Shown: piece after piece, positions 43,854 to 55,200 of the stretch
Layout of the letters: each line of letters starts with the position of its first letter
How positions within the stretch are numbered: position 1 is the first letter of the stretch
Virus record (IMG/VR): IMGVR_UViG_3300031857_000144
Coordinates: 1,245 to 65,244 of that record
Reading direction: 5' to 3' (one strand)
Origin: a virus
Lineage: Duplodnaviria; Caudoviricetes
DNA length: 64,000 bases
Position numbers and translations under genes: made by a program
The notes under the pieces: model-generated
Seen by the model: the letters and a program-made list of their open reading frames with translations, nothing else
What the model was told of the DNA's origin: nothing
The model's database searches: none

Positions 43854-46355
43854 ATGCCTTTACAGAAACTTCAATTCCGCCCCGGCGTAAATCGCGAGGG
43901 CACTACACTTGCCAACGAAGGCGGTTGGTATGACGGCGACAAAGTGCGATTTCGTTCCGGCTACCCTGAAAAAATAGGTGGCTGGTCTGTTGAAACATAC
44001 ACCACGTTTATGGGTATATGTCGTTCTTTATGGAATTGGATAACGCTAAAAGGTTACAACCTTGCGGGGATAGGCACTAACCTGAAGTTTTATATTGAAT
44101 CGGGCGGCGCGTACTATGACATCACGCCGATTCGTACTAACACCACCAACAACACGACGTTTGCAGCGGATACTTCAGCGCCTTTTTCTGCGTTTATTAC
44201 CGTAACGGACGCTGGCGCGTCTAGTTTGCAGGCTGGAGACTTTGTTACGTTTTCACAAGCGGTTAGCTTAGGCGGCAACATTACGGCGGATGTTCTTAAT
44301 CAAGAGTACCAGATTCAAACAGTACTATCTGGTACGTCTTACACTATCGTTGCGCGAGCGGCGGGTGCGTCTGTCAATGGGATTAATTTCACGGTAAACA
44401 CTACAACCTCCACACTTTTATTCTCTGCTGGTACAACACCAACTAACGGCGCTACAGTCACACTAATTATCGGTGCAGGCGCACCGGGCGGGTTGAATTA
44501 CACAAACACTTATTACGTAGTAAACGCATCGGGCTCGACTTGTCAATTAGCGTTAACTAGCGGCGGCGCACCTATTACGCTTACTAGCCAAGGTATTGGT
44601 CTTCAGTCTTTGTATTTTACTGTTGAGTCTAATGCTTCTGATACAGGTACTGGCGGTACGGGCGTCGATGCTGCTTATCAGATTAATGCAGGATATCCAA
44701 TTTACACCATTGGTACAGGTTGGGGCACGGGGCCTTGGGTGCCGTATGCAACCACAACACTAACCAATCCGTTTGCTACAACTAGTGGTATTGACACCAT
44801 TACGGTCACACACAATAGTCATGGATTAACAACTGGGCAATATGTTTATTTTCAGTCTATTTCAGACGCGGACGTTAGTGGTATACCCAATACAGTTTTG
44901 CAGATAGGGTTTCAAGTAACTGTAACGGGGGTAAATTCATACACCATTTCTACTGTAATAGGGCAAGCACCGGGACCGGTTCTTACATACACACCTAATG
45001 CAACTAGTGGTTCAGAAGGTGGCACGGTAGTAGTTAACTACCCTTCTTCAACTGTGCCGGGTAGTAGCAGGTCGTGGGGCTCAGGCACATCAACAGGCTT
45101 TGGTTTGCAGTTGCGCTTGTGGAGCCAATCTAACTTTGGTGAAGACCTATTGTTTAGTCCACGCGGCGGCTCTCTTTATTTATGGCAACCGGGCGGCGGT
45201 GCAACACCTGCATACGGTACTCGTGGGACAATTGTGTCCGGCACTTATACGCCTTCGATCATTAACGAAATAATGGTGTCGGATTCTTCGCGAATCGTGA
45301 TTTGCTTTGGTTGTAATGATCCGAGTGGCACTTATGGGCCCACAGCACTTGATCCAATGTTAATTCGTTGGTCAGACCAAGAAAGCTACACGCAATGGCA
45401 ACCGCAAACAACTAACCAAGCTGGGGACTACAGACTTTCTCATGGGTCAGAGATTGTTGCGGCCTTGCAAACCCGCCAAGAAATCAACGTCTGGACAGAT
45501 GCGGCTATCTACGCCATGCAATACCTTGGGCCCCCATTTGTATGGGGCTTTACGCTTTTAGCAGACAACATTTCAATTGCTTCGCCTAATGCTATGGCAA
45601 CGGCATCCGGTGTTGTTTACTGGATGGGGGTCGATAAGTTCTACGTGTACTCAGGCCGGGTTGAAACCTTACCGTGCTCAATACGTACTTTTATCTATGA
45701 CGACATCAACCGTGATCAGTTTGCTCAAATCTACGCAGGGACTAATGAAGGTTACTCTGAGGTCTGGTGGTTTTATTGCTCTGCTAATTCGAACATCGTA
45801 GATCGGTACGTCATTTTTAATTATCTTGATCGCGTATGGTATTACGGCACGATGGACAGAACTGCTTGGTTAGATTCTGCGCTGCGACAGTTTCCAATGG
45901 CGACTACCGGAACCAATAACTTGCTTGTTTACCATGAGTCAGCTATTGATGACGGCACGACTAACCCCCCGAGTGCGATTAACACTTACATCCAGTCATC
46001 TGACTTTGATATTGGTGACGGGCACAACTACGGGTTTGTATGGCGGGTGATTCCAGACATTACGTTTAACGGATCAAACACATCGGGTACGACTACGGTA
46101 AACCCAGAAGTTAACTTTACAGTGCGCCCACGGCAAAACCCCGGCTCTGGATATGGGGTGTCATCAAACCCACTTGTAAAGTCGTCGCAAACCTATGCGG
46201 GGCAACAAACTTATTCCGTGCAAGAGTTTACCGAGATCGTGTATACCCGAGTTCGCGGGCGGCAGATAGCGTTCAGGATAGAGTCTAATACGCGAGGCAC
46301 GCAGTGGCAGTTGGGTGTGCCAAGGATTGATGTCCGTCAAGATGGTAGGAGGTAA
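43854..46355 (+). CDS. Tail nozzle / DNA-stabilisation protein (podovirus)
   Basis: RFR.G.PEKIGGW, IRWSDQE, EVWWFY, RTAW, DGRR. Confidence 0.75.
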   Translation: MPLQKLQFRPGVNREGTTLANEGGWYDGDKVRFRSGYPEKIGGWSVETYTTFMGICRSLWNWITLKGYNLAGIGTNLKFYIESGGAYYDITPIRTNTTNNTTFAADTSAPFSAFITVTDAGASSLQAGDFVTFSQAVSLGGNITADVLNQEYQIQTVLSGTSYTIVARAAGASVNGINFTVNTTTSTLLFSAGTTPTNGATVTLIIGAGAPGGLNYTNTYYVVNASGSTCQLALTSGGAPITLTSQGIGLQSLYFTVESNASDTGTGGTGVDAAYQINAGYPIYTIGTGWGTGPWVPYATTTLTNPFATTSGIDTITVTHNSHGLTTGQYVYFQSISDADVSGIPNTVLQIGFQVTVTGVNSYTISTVIGQAPGPVLTYTPNATSGSEGGTVVVNYPSSTVPGSSRSWGSGTSTGFGLQLRLWSQSNFGEDLLFSPRGGSLYLWQPGGGATPAYGTRGTIVSGTYTPSIINEIMVSDSSRIVICFGCNDPSGTYGPTALDPMLIRWSDQESYTQWQPQTTNQAGDYRLSHGSEIVAALQTRQEINVWTDAAIYAMQYLGPPFVWGFTLLADNISIASPNAMATASGVVYWMGVDKFYVYSGRVETLPCSIRTFIYDDINRDQFAQIYAGTNEGYSEVWWFYCSANSNIVDRYVIFNYLDRVWYYGTMDRTAWLDSALRQFPMATTGTNNLLVYHESAIDDGTTNPPSAINTYIQSSDFDIGDGHNYGFVWRVIPDITFNGSNTSGTTTVNPEVNFTVRPRQNPGSGYGVSSNPLVKSSQTYAGQQTYSVQEFTEIVYTRVRGRQIAFRIESNTRGTQWQLGVPRIDVRQDGRR

Positions 46356-46357
46356 TT

Positions 46358-46669
46358 ATGTCTACTGGCACAACTAGAGCGCCTCTCTTGCCGTTTGCTC
46401 CGGTGCAGTACGACCGGCAGTACATGGACACCTTGAACAACATCTTGCGGCAGTATTTTCAGCAACTAGACAATGCCGGGCCGAGTGCAGCGTCTACTCA
46501 GTTTTTGAGCGCCACTGATATCATTTCGGCAATGAATTTTAGTACCGTCGATAGAGCTACGGGTGTCCGTATAGCCAGCCTGCCAACTCAAGCTGATTTA
46601 GCCAATTTGCGGGTAGGTGATCTATATAGAGACACTTCGGCGGGTAACGTGGTCAAGATAAAAGTATAG
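46358..46669 (+). CDS. Small tail protein
   Basis: LP.AP.QYD, LRQYF.QLD. Confidence 0.65.
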   Translation: MSTGTTRAPLLPFAPVQYDRQYMDTLNNILRQYFQQLDNAGPSAASTQFLSATDIISAMNFSTVDRATGVRIASLPTQADLANLRVGDLYRDTSAGNVVKIKV

Positions 46670-46745
46670 GGTAGAGTGATCTGACTCCTATGATACGACG
46701 CAGTGAAGTGTTAAACTTTGACAAATTTTCTTGGATGAGGTAGCG

Positions 46746-48485
46746 ATGAGCCTCCATACCCTAGCCCACCACTTGCAGTCTGCTGGACGCGGGGACGATA
46801 AGGTCCTCGTGCACATGACTCCGGGCGAAGTCAGCGGTCTGCAATCCCTTGCTATGGCGCACGGCGGTTCTCTCACCATCAATCCTCAGACCGGCCTCCC
46901 TGAAGCTGGGTTCCTGAAGAAATTACTGCCGACTATTGCAGGGTTTGGGCTGTCCATGATCCCCGGCGTTGGCCCATTAATGGCTGCGGGTATTGTGGGT
47001 GGCGGCACTGCGTTGGCTACTGGCAGTTTGAGCAAAGGTCTGATGGCAGGTTTGGGTGCTTATGGCGGCGCTGGATTGGGCGCGGGGTTGGCAAAAACAG
47101 GCACTGCTCAACTTACTGCGGCGGAAGCAGCTAAAACTGCTGGCACTGCTCCAGCACAAAACCTATCAAGCTCGATGTGGGCAAAAGATCCCGGCATTGC
47201 TGCTGCTGGGCGAGAGTTTGGCGTGGCAGGGTCTGCCACTGCGGGGGCACCTTCTTATACGGCATTAGACAAGCTGGCAGCGGGCACCAAATCGCTTGGA
47301 CAAGAAGGTGGGTTTAAGAGTTTGAAAGATGCGATGCCAGACTATGCGGTTCCAGCTTTAGGACTTGGCGTGTTGGGCGCTATGTCATCGGGACAAAAAG
47401 GTATTACTCCACAACAGTCCAAGTCGTACATCCGCCCCTACACCTACGAGAGAACTCAGCGTCCGGGAGTGTATGACATGGGTGCGCCGATGTATGCAGA
47501 TACGCCGGGATCAAGCGCGGAAAAGAATTACTTTAACGATAGCTACACAGCACAAACGCCGATTCTTGCACCGGGGCCAGAGTATGCAGCCGAAGGTGGG
47601 CTGATGGGTTACGCTGTTGGTGGACCTGTTGAGCAGATGGCAGCAGCGAATGCTGTGGGTGCCAATACAGGCTACCCAATGGCTCAGCTTCAAACACCTC
47701 TTTATTCCAACCCATCAATCCAGCGCCCTGAAGCGGTCAATGTCATATCTCCAAGTGGCGATGCCGGGGTGAGTGCGTATAGTGGTGAGCCGAGATTTGC
47801 AAGGGGAGGCGCTACCGCAGAACCGCAAACAACTGGCAGCTATCAGTACAGCTACGACCCTAAAACCATGCAGTTTACACAGACGGCTACGCCAACATTA
47901 GTTTCACCTTTTGGCAGCGGGAAAGGTGCGGTGGGTATGTTAGGTAGGGCACTTGCTGGAATATCACAGCCCACACTCGACACCGGCGCTAAAGTCTCCG
48001 GCGGTATGGCACCACCTGCTATGGGACCTGCACCAGCAATGGCAGCACAACCTGCGTACACACCACCGGCAATTCCTGAATATCAATCACCAGAACAACA
48101 GCTTGGTTTGGGTAATTTCTACGGCATGATGGATCGACAGCTTTCTGGGCTACAAGGCTTGGGTGGGTATGACGGGTATGCTGCTGGCGGCGGTATCTCG
48201 CACTTGGGTGATTACTCTGATGGTGGTCGTTTATTGAAAGGACCCGGAGATGGAGTTAGCGATTCTATCCCTGCTGTCATTGGTCAGCGTCAGCCTGCTC
48301 GTCTTGCTGATGGTGAGTTTGTAGTGCCAGCCCGTATCGTGTCTGAGCTTGGTAACGGTTCAACCGAGGCTGGTGCACGTAAGCTCTACGCCATGATGGA
48401 TCGAGTGCAAAAAGCGCGGAATAAAACAGTAGGTAAAGGTAAAGTTGCAGCAAATACCAAATCGGAGAAATATCTACCTGCATGA
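46746..48485 (+). CDS. Internal virion (ejection) protein
   Basis: GR.DD..LVH, INPQTGLPE, YAxGG repeats, GPGDGVSDSIPA, LADGEFV. Confidence 0.7.
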   Translation: MSLHTLAHHLQSAGRGDDKVLVHMTPGEVSGLQSLAMAHGGSLTINPQTGLPEAGFLKKLLPTIAGFGLSMIPGVGPLMAAGIVGGGTALATGSLSKGLMAGLGAYGGAGLGAGLAKTGTAQLTAAEAAKTAGTAPAQNLSSSMWAKDPGIAAAGREFGVAGSATAGAPSYTALDKLAAGTKSLGQEGGFKSLKDAMPDYAVPALGLGVLGAMSSGQKGITPQQSKSYIRPYTYERTQRPGVYDMGAPMYADTPGSSAEKNYFNDSYTAQTPILAPGPEYAAEGGLMGYAVGGPVEQMAAANAVGANTGYPMAQLQTPLYSNPSIQRPEAVNVISPSGDAGVSAYSGEPRFARGGATAEPQTTGSYQYSYDPKTMQFTQTATPTLVSPFGSGKGAVGMLGRALAGISQPTLDTGAKVSGGMAPPAMGPAPAMAAQPAYTPPAIPEYQSPEQQLGLGNFYGMMDRQLSGLQGLGGYDGYAAGGGISHLGDYSDGGRLLKGPGDGVSDSIPAVIGQRQPARLADGEFVVPARIVSELGNGSTEAGARKLYAMMDRVQKARNKTVGKGKVAANTKSEKYLPA

Positions 48486-48943
48486 GTTATACATTTCATC
48501 TTGGCAGACACCGAGAAAGTTTTGAAGAGCTAGAACCTCTTTATCGGCAGCACTACGAAGAGATGTTGGCTCGGTTGCAAAAGGACGGAATTGAGTACTC
48601 TCCTTACAACCCAAGGTGGGAAAGATACTTTCAAGCGGGTGATCGTGGGGATTTGTTAACGTTTATCTTGCGGCATGAAGGTAAAGCGGTTGGTTGCAGT
48701 AATGTGTATTTAACGAATGATATGCACAACGGCGATCTTATCGCGCAAGAAGACACAATCTATGTATTGCCAGAGCATAGAAACGGTATAGGCAAAAAGT
48801 TTGTAAAGATTATTTTGGATGAGTTGAAAGAGCGCGGTGTAAAGAGGGTGTCTGTTGCTGCGCTCACAGACTTACGAGTAGCTAAACTTTGGAAACGCAT
48901 GGGCTTTAAAGAAGCCGCGATCCAGATGATGTATACATTTTGA
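48482..48943 (+). CDS. GNAT acetyltransferase
   Basis: IYVLPEHRNGIG, LWKRMGF. Confidence 0.85.
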   Translation: MSYTFHLGRHRESFEELEPLYRQHYEEMLARLQKDGIEYSPYNPRWERYFQAGDRGDLLTFILRHEGKAVGCSNVYLTNDMHNGDLIAQEDTIYVLPEHRNGIGKKFVKIILDELKERGVKRVSVAALTDLRVAKLWKRMGFKEAAIQMMYTF

Positions 48944-48952
48944 GGTGCCACT

Positions 48953-49924
48953 ATGTGCTCTTCGTCAGAACCGCAGCCACAGCAGCAAGTCGTTAGCTCA
49001 ACGGAAGTCCCTGCGTATGCGAGGCCGTATGTTGAACGCATGCTGGGTAAATCAGAAGCCCTAAGCCAGACCCCTTATCAGGCGTACGGTGGTGAGCGGC
49101 TTGCTGGCTTTACGCCGATGCAGCAACAGGCTTTCCAAGGCGTTGCGAATCTTAAACCCGCGCAGCAGCTAGGGCTTGGGACACAGTTTAGTGGTTTGGC
49201 TGGCTTACAAGGACTTGGTGCTGGTCAGCAGTTTGCACAGCAGGCTACATCTCCCGGTGCTATGCAGGCATATATGTCGCCGTATACCCAGTTAGCTCTT
49301 GAGCCACAGATGCGTGAAGCCGCACGTCGGTCGGCTATGGAAGGTCAAATGCAGCAAGCGCAAGCTGTACAGCGTGGTGCATTCGGTGGATCAAGATCAA
49401 CACTATTAGAAGCAGAACGCCAGCGCAACCTTGGTCAGCAGCAGGCAGACATTTATGGTCGTGGTATGCAGACGGCGTTTGAGCAGGCTCGTCAGGCGCA
49501 GCAGTTCGGCGCTGATTTAGGCTTACGTGGTGCGGCAACTGGCCTACAAGCCGCTGGACAGTTGGGGCAGTTAGGGCAGACGCAGTTTGGTCAGCAGAAA
49601 GATGTCATTCAAGGGCAGTTGTCCGCCGGTGCGCAACAGCAAGGGTTGGAGCAGCAACGTCTGGCACAAGCGTATCAAGACTTCCAAAATCAGCGTCAGT
49701 ATCCGTATCAGCAGTTGGCGTTTATGTCAGACATGCTGCGCGGTTTACCGCTGTCCCAACAAACACAAACAATGTATCAAGCACCGCCATCGATGTTGGG
49801 GCAAGTTGCAGGTGCTGGTATGGCATATCTCGGAGCGCAAAAAGCCGGATTGTTTGGTGCTGAAGGTGGGGCGGTACCGGGGGGACTTGCGAGAATCGCG
49901 GCAGATAAACTGGCGCAGGGGTAA
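48953..49924 (+). CDS. Internal virion (ejection) protein
   Basis: Q/G-rich, YMSPY, GAFGGSR, YPYQQL. Confidence 0.7.
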   Translation: MCSSSEPQPQQQVVSSTEVPAYARPYVERMLGKSEALSQTPYQAYGGERLAGFTPMQQQAFQGVANLKPAQQLGLGTQFSGLAGLQGLGAGQQFAQQATSPGAMQAYMSPYTQLALEPQMREAARRSAMEGQMQQAQAVQRGAFGGSRSTLLEAERQRNLGQQQADIYGRGMQTAFEQARQAQQFGADLGLRGAATGLQAAGQLGQLGQTQFGQQKDVIQGQLSAGAQQQGLEQQRLAQAYQDFQNQRQYPYQQLAFMSDMLRGLPLSQQTQTMYQAPPSMLGQVAGAGMAYLGAQKAGLFGAEGGAVPGGLARIAADKLAQG

Positions 49925-49927
49925 ATC

Positions 49928-52282
49928 ATGCTAAGACAAATCCAAGAGATTCAAGATTTGGCAACTAAATACTCCAAGGCGGATCTTGGGCGTATGGTGC
50001 AGTTGGGTTTGCTAGACCCACAAAAAGCGATGATGGCTGGCATGATGATCCAGCGTATTGAGCAACAGAACGCTAAACCCCCGCAAACCACAGTTGCTCA
50101 GGAAGTGCTTGGGTTACCTACAGTTGCCGCTGCTCAACCACAAATGCAACAAATGCAACAGCCTCAAATGCAGCAAATGCAGCAGCCACCACAAGCTGCT
50201 CCGAACGCTGGTGTTGAAGCTTTGCCTGCTGGAGACGTGGGTAACTACGCTGGTGGCGGTATCGTTGCGTTTGATGAAGGTGGCGAAGTGCCCGGCTATG
50301 CTACGGGAGGTACCCCACCGGGGCTGTTTGATGCACTTGTTCAAGCCGAGAGCCGTGGCAAACAGAGTGCTGTAAGTAGTAAAGGTGCAAGAGGCGTAGC
50401 TCAGTTGATGCCCGGCACCATGCGTGATCCGGGCTATGGCATCACACCAGTAAAAGATGATAGCGAGGAAGAGAACCGTCGTGTTGGTCGCGAGTATTTG
50501 AGCGTGATGCTGAAGAAATACAAAGGCAACATCGACAACGCCCTCGCTGCATACAACTGGGGGCCGGGTAATGTAGATAAACATTTGAGGAAGTATGGTG
50601 AATTGACTCCGGAAAAACTTCCTAAAGAAACGCGAAACTACATTCCAAAAGTTAAGAACTTACTAGCGCAACAAGAGCGGGGTCGCCCAGAACCTACACG
50701 GGTTGCTGCAAGAGAAACAACTGATGGGGCTATGGACATGCCTGCTCTGCGTAGTAGAAGCGGAGTACCTAGTTTGTTACGTGGGCCATTAGAAAGAGTC
50801 GCTAACTTGCTTCCATCTGCTGGCGCTGAAGAAATGTCGATGATCCCAATGGATGCGCCAGCAGGTAGTGGGTATGCTGGAGGTGGGATTGCGTCGTTTG
50901 CTGGAGAAGGCCCAAGTTTGGTAGGCCAAGGGTTTAGACGCGATCAAATGCTCCCTGCACCGGGTTCAAACCGCTTTAATCAATTAGTTGCAACCCGAAT
51001 GGAGCAAGAAGCCTCCCAAGACATAGTAAATGAAATAGCGCGGTTAGAAAACATATTAGCCACCACGCCTTTCGGGCCACAACGCGAATTTGCAGAAAAG
51101 CGTTTAGCACTACTACGTAACAAAGCTCCAGAAGTCCAAGCTGCGGTACCGGCGGCAGGGATAAGAGCACAACCACCACAAACGCAAGCCTATCCTGTAA
51201 AAGGCGGGTTCGAAACTGTTGCGCCAGATCAGTTCCCACTACAAAGTGCAACAGAGATGGGTGCGCGTAGAAGAGAAGGTTTTGCGCCTGCGCAGAATTT
51301 ACCGCCTGTTGCTGGTGCTCCAGAAGCAGAAACAGGAACAGGAGCAGGCCCTACACCTACTATGCCTGACCTTACAGCACCAAAGTTGGGTGCGACTTCG
51401 TTTGAGAGCTATGTCGCAAGGGCTACTCCTAAAGTCGGCAAGCTGGATGTGCCACAAGTAAAAGACTTAAAAGATGTAGGTAAAGAACGCCGTGAAGCTT
51501 ACGCTGCCGAAGGCTACGATCCGGATATGTTTAACAAAATAATTAAAGGGATTGAAGAGAAGAAAGGCAAAGCCGCAACTGAAAAAGATGTTGCACTTGG
51601 TGAAGGCATCATGTACGCGGGACTCAAACTGATGGGTGCGCGTAAAGGGCAAGAGTTCCAAACACTCAGCGAAGGTGCGCAAGAAGGGCTAAAAAATTAC
51701 CAAAGTGCAATGAAAGACGTTCGTGCGCGGCAGGAAAAATACGACGAGCGTATCGAACAATTGCGTATGGCAGATGCCACGGCAAGGCGTACTGGTGTAG
51801 ACGCTGATATAGCGCGTAAGGATAGATTAGAGGAAAGGGCGCAAGCTGCTAAAACCGCCTTGTTTAACGCAGAAAATGCTGCCGCAAATGCTGGAGTGCA
51901 AGCAGCAGCAACCCTAAGTTCTAACGATCAAACTCGCTTGGTTGATATATGGAAAACCCAAACACAAGCTGGCATGCAGAAATACGTGGCTGATACACAA
52001 CTAAAAATACAAAGCGAAGTTAACAATATGTATAAGATGGGTATGCTTGAAGCTAATCAAGGCAAGATTGTCATGGACGCAGCAGGAAAATTCATCGCAA
52101 ATAATAAGGATAACCCTGCATACGTAAAAGACCCAGCAAGATTAGAAGAAGACGCTATAGCATATGCGTACAGAATGGCGGGTAATTTGGGCATACTTCC
52201 AAAAGGAGCTACTGTTCCTCAGCCAGCCAAACCCACTGAGCAAGATTACATGAACCGGTACAAAATTCCACCTGTGAAATAA
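49928..52282 (+). CDS. Internal virion protein with lytic transglycosylase (SLT) domain
   Basis: AESRG, GARGVAQLMPGT, ALAAYNWGPG, ETRNY. Confidence 0.85.
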   Translation: MLRQIQEIQDLATKYSKADLGRMVQLGLLDPQKAMMAGMMIQRIEQQNAKPPQTTVAQEVLGLPTVAAAQPQMQQMQQPQMQQMQQPPQAAPNAGVEALPAGDVGNYAGGGIVAFDEGGEVPGYATGGTPPGLFDALVQAESRGKQSAVSSKGARGVAQLMPGTMRDPGYGITPVKDDSEEENRRVGREYLSVMLKKYKGNIDNALAAYNWGPGNVDKHLRKYGELTPEKLPKETRNYIPKVKNLLAQQERGRPEPTRVAARETTDGAMDMPALRSRSGVPSLLRGPLERVANLLPSAGAEEMSMIPMDAPAGSGYAGGGIASFAGEGPSLVGQGFRRDQMLPAPGSNRFNQLVATRMEQEASQDIVNEIARLENILATTPFGPQREFAEKRLALLRNKAPEVQAAVPAAGIRAQPPQTQAYPVKGGFETVAPDQFPLQSATEMGARRREGFAPAQNLPPVAGAPEAETGTGAGPTPTMPDLTAPKLGATSFESYVARATPKVGKLDVPQVKDLKDVGKERREAYAAEGYDPDMFNKIIKGIEEKKGKAATEKDVALGEGIMYAGLKLMGARKGQEFQTLSEGAQEGLKNYQSAMKDVRARQEKYDERIEQLRMADATARRTGVDADIARKDRLEERAQAAKTALFNAENAAANAGVQAAATLSSNDQTRLVDIWKTQTQAGMQKYVADTQLKIQSEVNNMYKMGMLEANQGKIVMDAAGKFIANNKDNPAYVKDPARLEEDAIAYAYRMAGNLGILPKGATVPQPAKPTEQDYMNRYKIPPVK

Positions 52283-52292
52283 GGGGCGCGTC

Positions 52293-55200
52293 ATGGCAAC
52301 ACGCTATGAGCAGATCATTGCTAACGTCCAGAGCATGATCAATCAAAATGCTCCCATACCAGACATTGATGGATATTTGGCTACGCAGGGACTGACCCCT
52401 GCACAATTCCGTAAGCTGGTAGAAGGCCCTACGATTACTGGGCAGGCAAAGGAGTTCTTTAAGGGTATTCCTTCAGGGGCTGTTGGTCTGCTGGAAACTG
52501 CCGGGGTAGGTGCCGCCGCTGCGCTGCCTGAAGGGTACGAAGAGCCTACGCGCAAGTTCATCCAAGAAAAGGGTGCTGCACTCCGCAAACCGTTTGCGCC
52601 AGAGATCGGCTACGAAGAGACTATTCCTCGTAAGTTTGGTGAAGCCGTTGGCTCTACGATCCCATTCTTTGCAACAGGGCCGTTTGGATTAGCAGGACGT
52701 GCCGCCGCAGTTGGTACCGGTGTTGCTGCTGGTGCAGGTGAAGCTCGTCTTGCCGCCGAAGAAAAAGGTGTATTTGGGGATGACCGTGCACTTGCTACCG
52801 CACTAGGTGCGCCTGTTGGTTTGCTTGATCTGATTGCCCCAGAAATTAAAGTAGGTAAGCAACTCATCACCCGTGCAGCAATAACCGGTGGAGTTGAAGG
52901 CGCAACTGAAGCCGCGCAAAAAATCTCGCAGAACCTGATTGCCAAAGGTATCTACAATCCTGAGCAGCCTATTCTTGCCGGTGCCGCTGAAGAAGGCGCA
53001 TATGGTGCAGGTGCTGGTGCTCTGACTCGGTTCTTGTTGGACGCTGCACTTGGGCGTAGAGCACGTGGTGATATGGGTACTACTCCCCCTCCCGGTGCCC
53101 CTGCTGCCCCTGCCGCTCCTGTTGGCGTTCCCGCAGAAGCTAGACAACTTCCGTTTGGACAAGTACCTGAGTTTGGTGAGGGGTACGAAGGTTACCGCGC
53201 TGCCCCAGAGCCTTTCCGTGAAGCAGAAGAGAAAGAAGCTGCACGGCAAAACCGTCTGTTCCAGATCACCGAAATGCGAGATCAGCATGACGTGCTGATG
53301 CGTGAGATTGATCGTCTAAAAGCCGAATTTGCAGCCCCCGAGACAACTGATGCACAAAGAATCGCTATTCTTGAGCGGGCTGAACCACTCAACGCCGCAC
53401 GTGCTGACCTTGAAACCCAGATTAAGCAGCTATCCAAAGGGCTAGAAGGCGCAGAACGCGCAGGGACTACACCAGAACCGGGGCAGATGGGGTTGGACTT
53501 TGGCATGCCTGAGATGCCACGCCAGCGTACTGGCGAAGGTGTTGTGCTGGGTGAAGAGGAAGTTGCCCCCGCAGGCATCACGCCTGAACAAGCTGAGTTC
53601 TTTAGACAGCAGCGTATCGCTGACATTACCGCACGGCTAAACGCTGGGGAAGTGGTTACTGACGCTGAAAGAGCGTTTCTCCAGATGGATGCACGGGAAC
53701 AACGTGCGGCGTTTGAAGAGCGCCCTACACCTGAATTAGCATTGCCTGAAGAGCGAGATCAATTCCGTCTTGGCCCACAGTACATTCAACCTGCACCTAC
53801 GATGGAAGAGGCGGTTGAGACGCGCCCGGTTACCGAGGCTGACTTCAAGGCAATGGGTATTGCCAAGACCAATAAAAAATTGCGCGAAGCCATCTTGGAT
53901 AAAGACCTTGCTGACCCTGCGCAACGTGCCGAAGTTCAAGAAGTACTGACAGATTTTGCTAACGACCCCAATCGCAGTGCTAGGATAATTGAAGGGGTAA
54001 ACAAGTTTCTAAGCAGTCCTGTGTTCATGGAACAGGGCGAACTTGACCTGCGCCCACCTAAAAAGCCCCGTGCCAAAAAAGCGAAGGAGGCAGAAGATGT
54101 CATCCAACCTACAGAACCTGTCGAACCAACAGTTGAGCCTAGCGTTGCAGTGGCTGACGAACGCGGAGCCGCACCCGCCGGAGGAGTTACAGCACCTGTC
54201 ACCGGGGGAATGGATGTTACTGGAAGGGCTACTGAACAGCCTGATGTCGGAGCGGGAGTACAGCCAACTGCACTGACGACAACCAAACCACAAATCGAGA
54301 GAACAACCCTGCCTGATGGTGGTGTGCGCACCGTAGCTACTAAACAAGGTGTGGGTGTTATTAAAGATGTTACAAGATATAAGTACGACCTAGTAGTCGC
54401 TGGTGAACCGCAGCAAATAGTAATTGAACGCGACAACCGCACTGGCGAAACGGAAGCATATTTTGCAGTTGATGGCCGTCCAATTGGTTCTGGACTTCAA
54501 ATTAAAGGGTTTGTTGCCGAGGGCATGGACCCACTTGAAGCTGTTAAACGCATATTGCCCGATGTTGAAGAGGCTAAATTAACTACACCCACTACACCGG
54601 CCAAAACAAAAGCACAAGCACCTGCTGCTCCTACACCTGCTGAAGGGAAAGTAACGCCCAAAGAAGCGACTCGTAGGCTAGTGCAAGAAGGCAAAGTAAA
54701 GCCTGCGGAAGCAAAAGGTATCGTTGAAGATATTACGGACGGGTTTGGTGAAGTATCAACGGCAGATATAGAAGAACAAATCCGTTCTTTAAAAGGCGAG
54801 ACTGCACCAAAAGTACCGTACACCCCAGAACAACGTGCTACCGCAGAACAGCATGCTAAAGACCTTGGCGGTGAGATAGCTTGGCAAGAAGGTGAGTTTG
54901 CGCTTATACGTGGGTATTCTGCGCTTACAGGGCAACCTGTATATGCGGCGGCAAAAGGTTCGCTACGTACCAAAATTGATATTGAATCTTTTACTGGGAA
55001 TTTATTTACCCCACAAGAACGCGCTCGTTTAGTTGCAGAAAAGAAACGGCAAGAACAGGCTGCGGAACAAGCACATAAAACCAAACCGTTTATCACCTTT
55101 ACCAAAGGGCAAATTCAGACTTCAAAGAATACGCCAAAAGAACTAGGCAGTATTGTTGCTGGATGGTCAAAGCTATTAGGTATCCGTGCCAACATCTACA

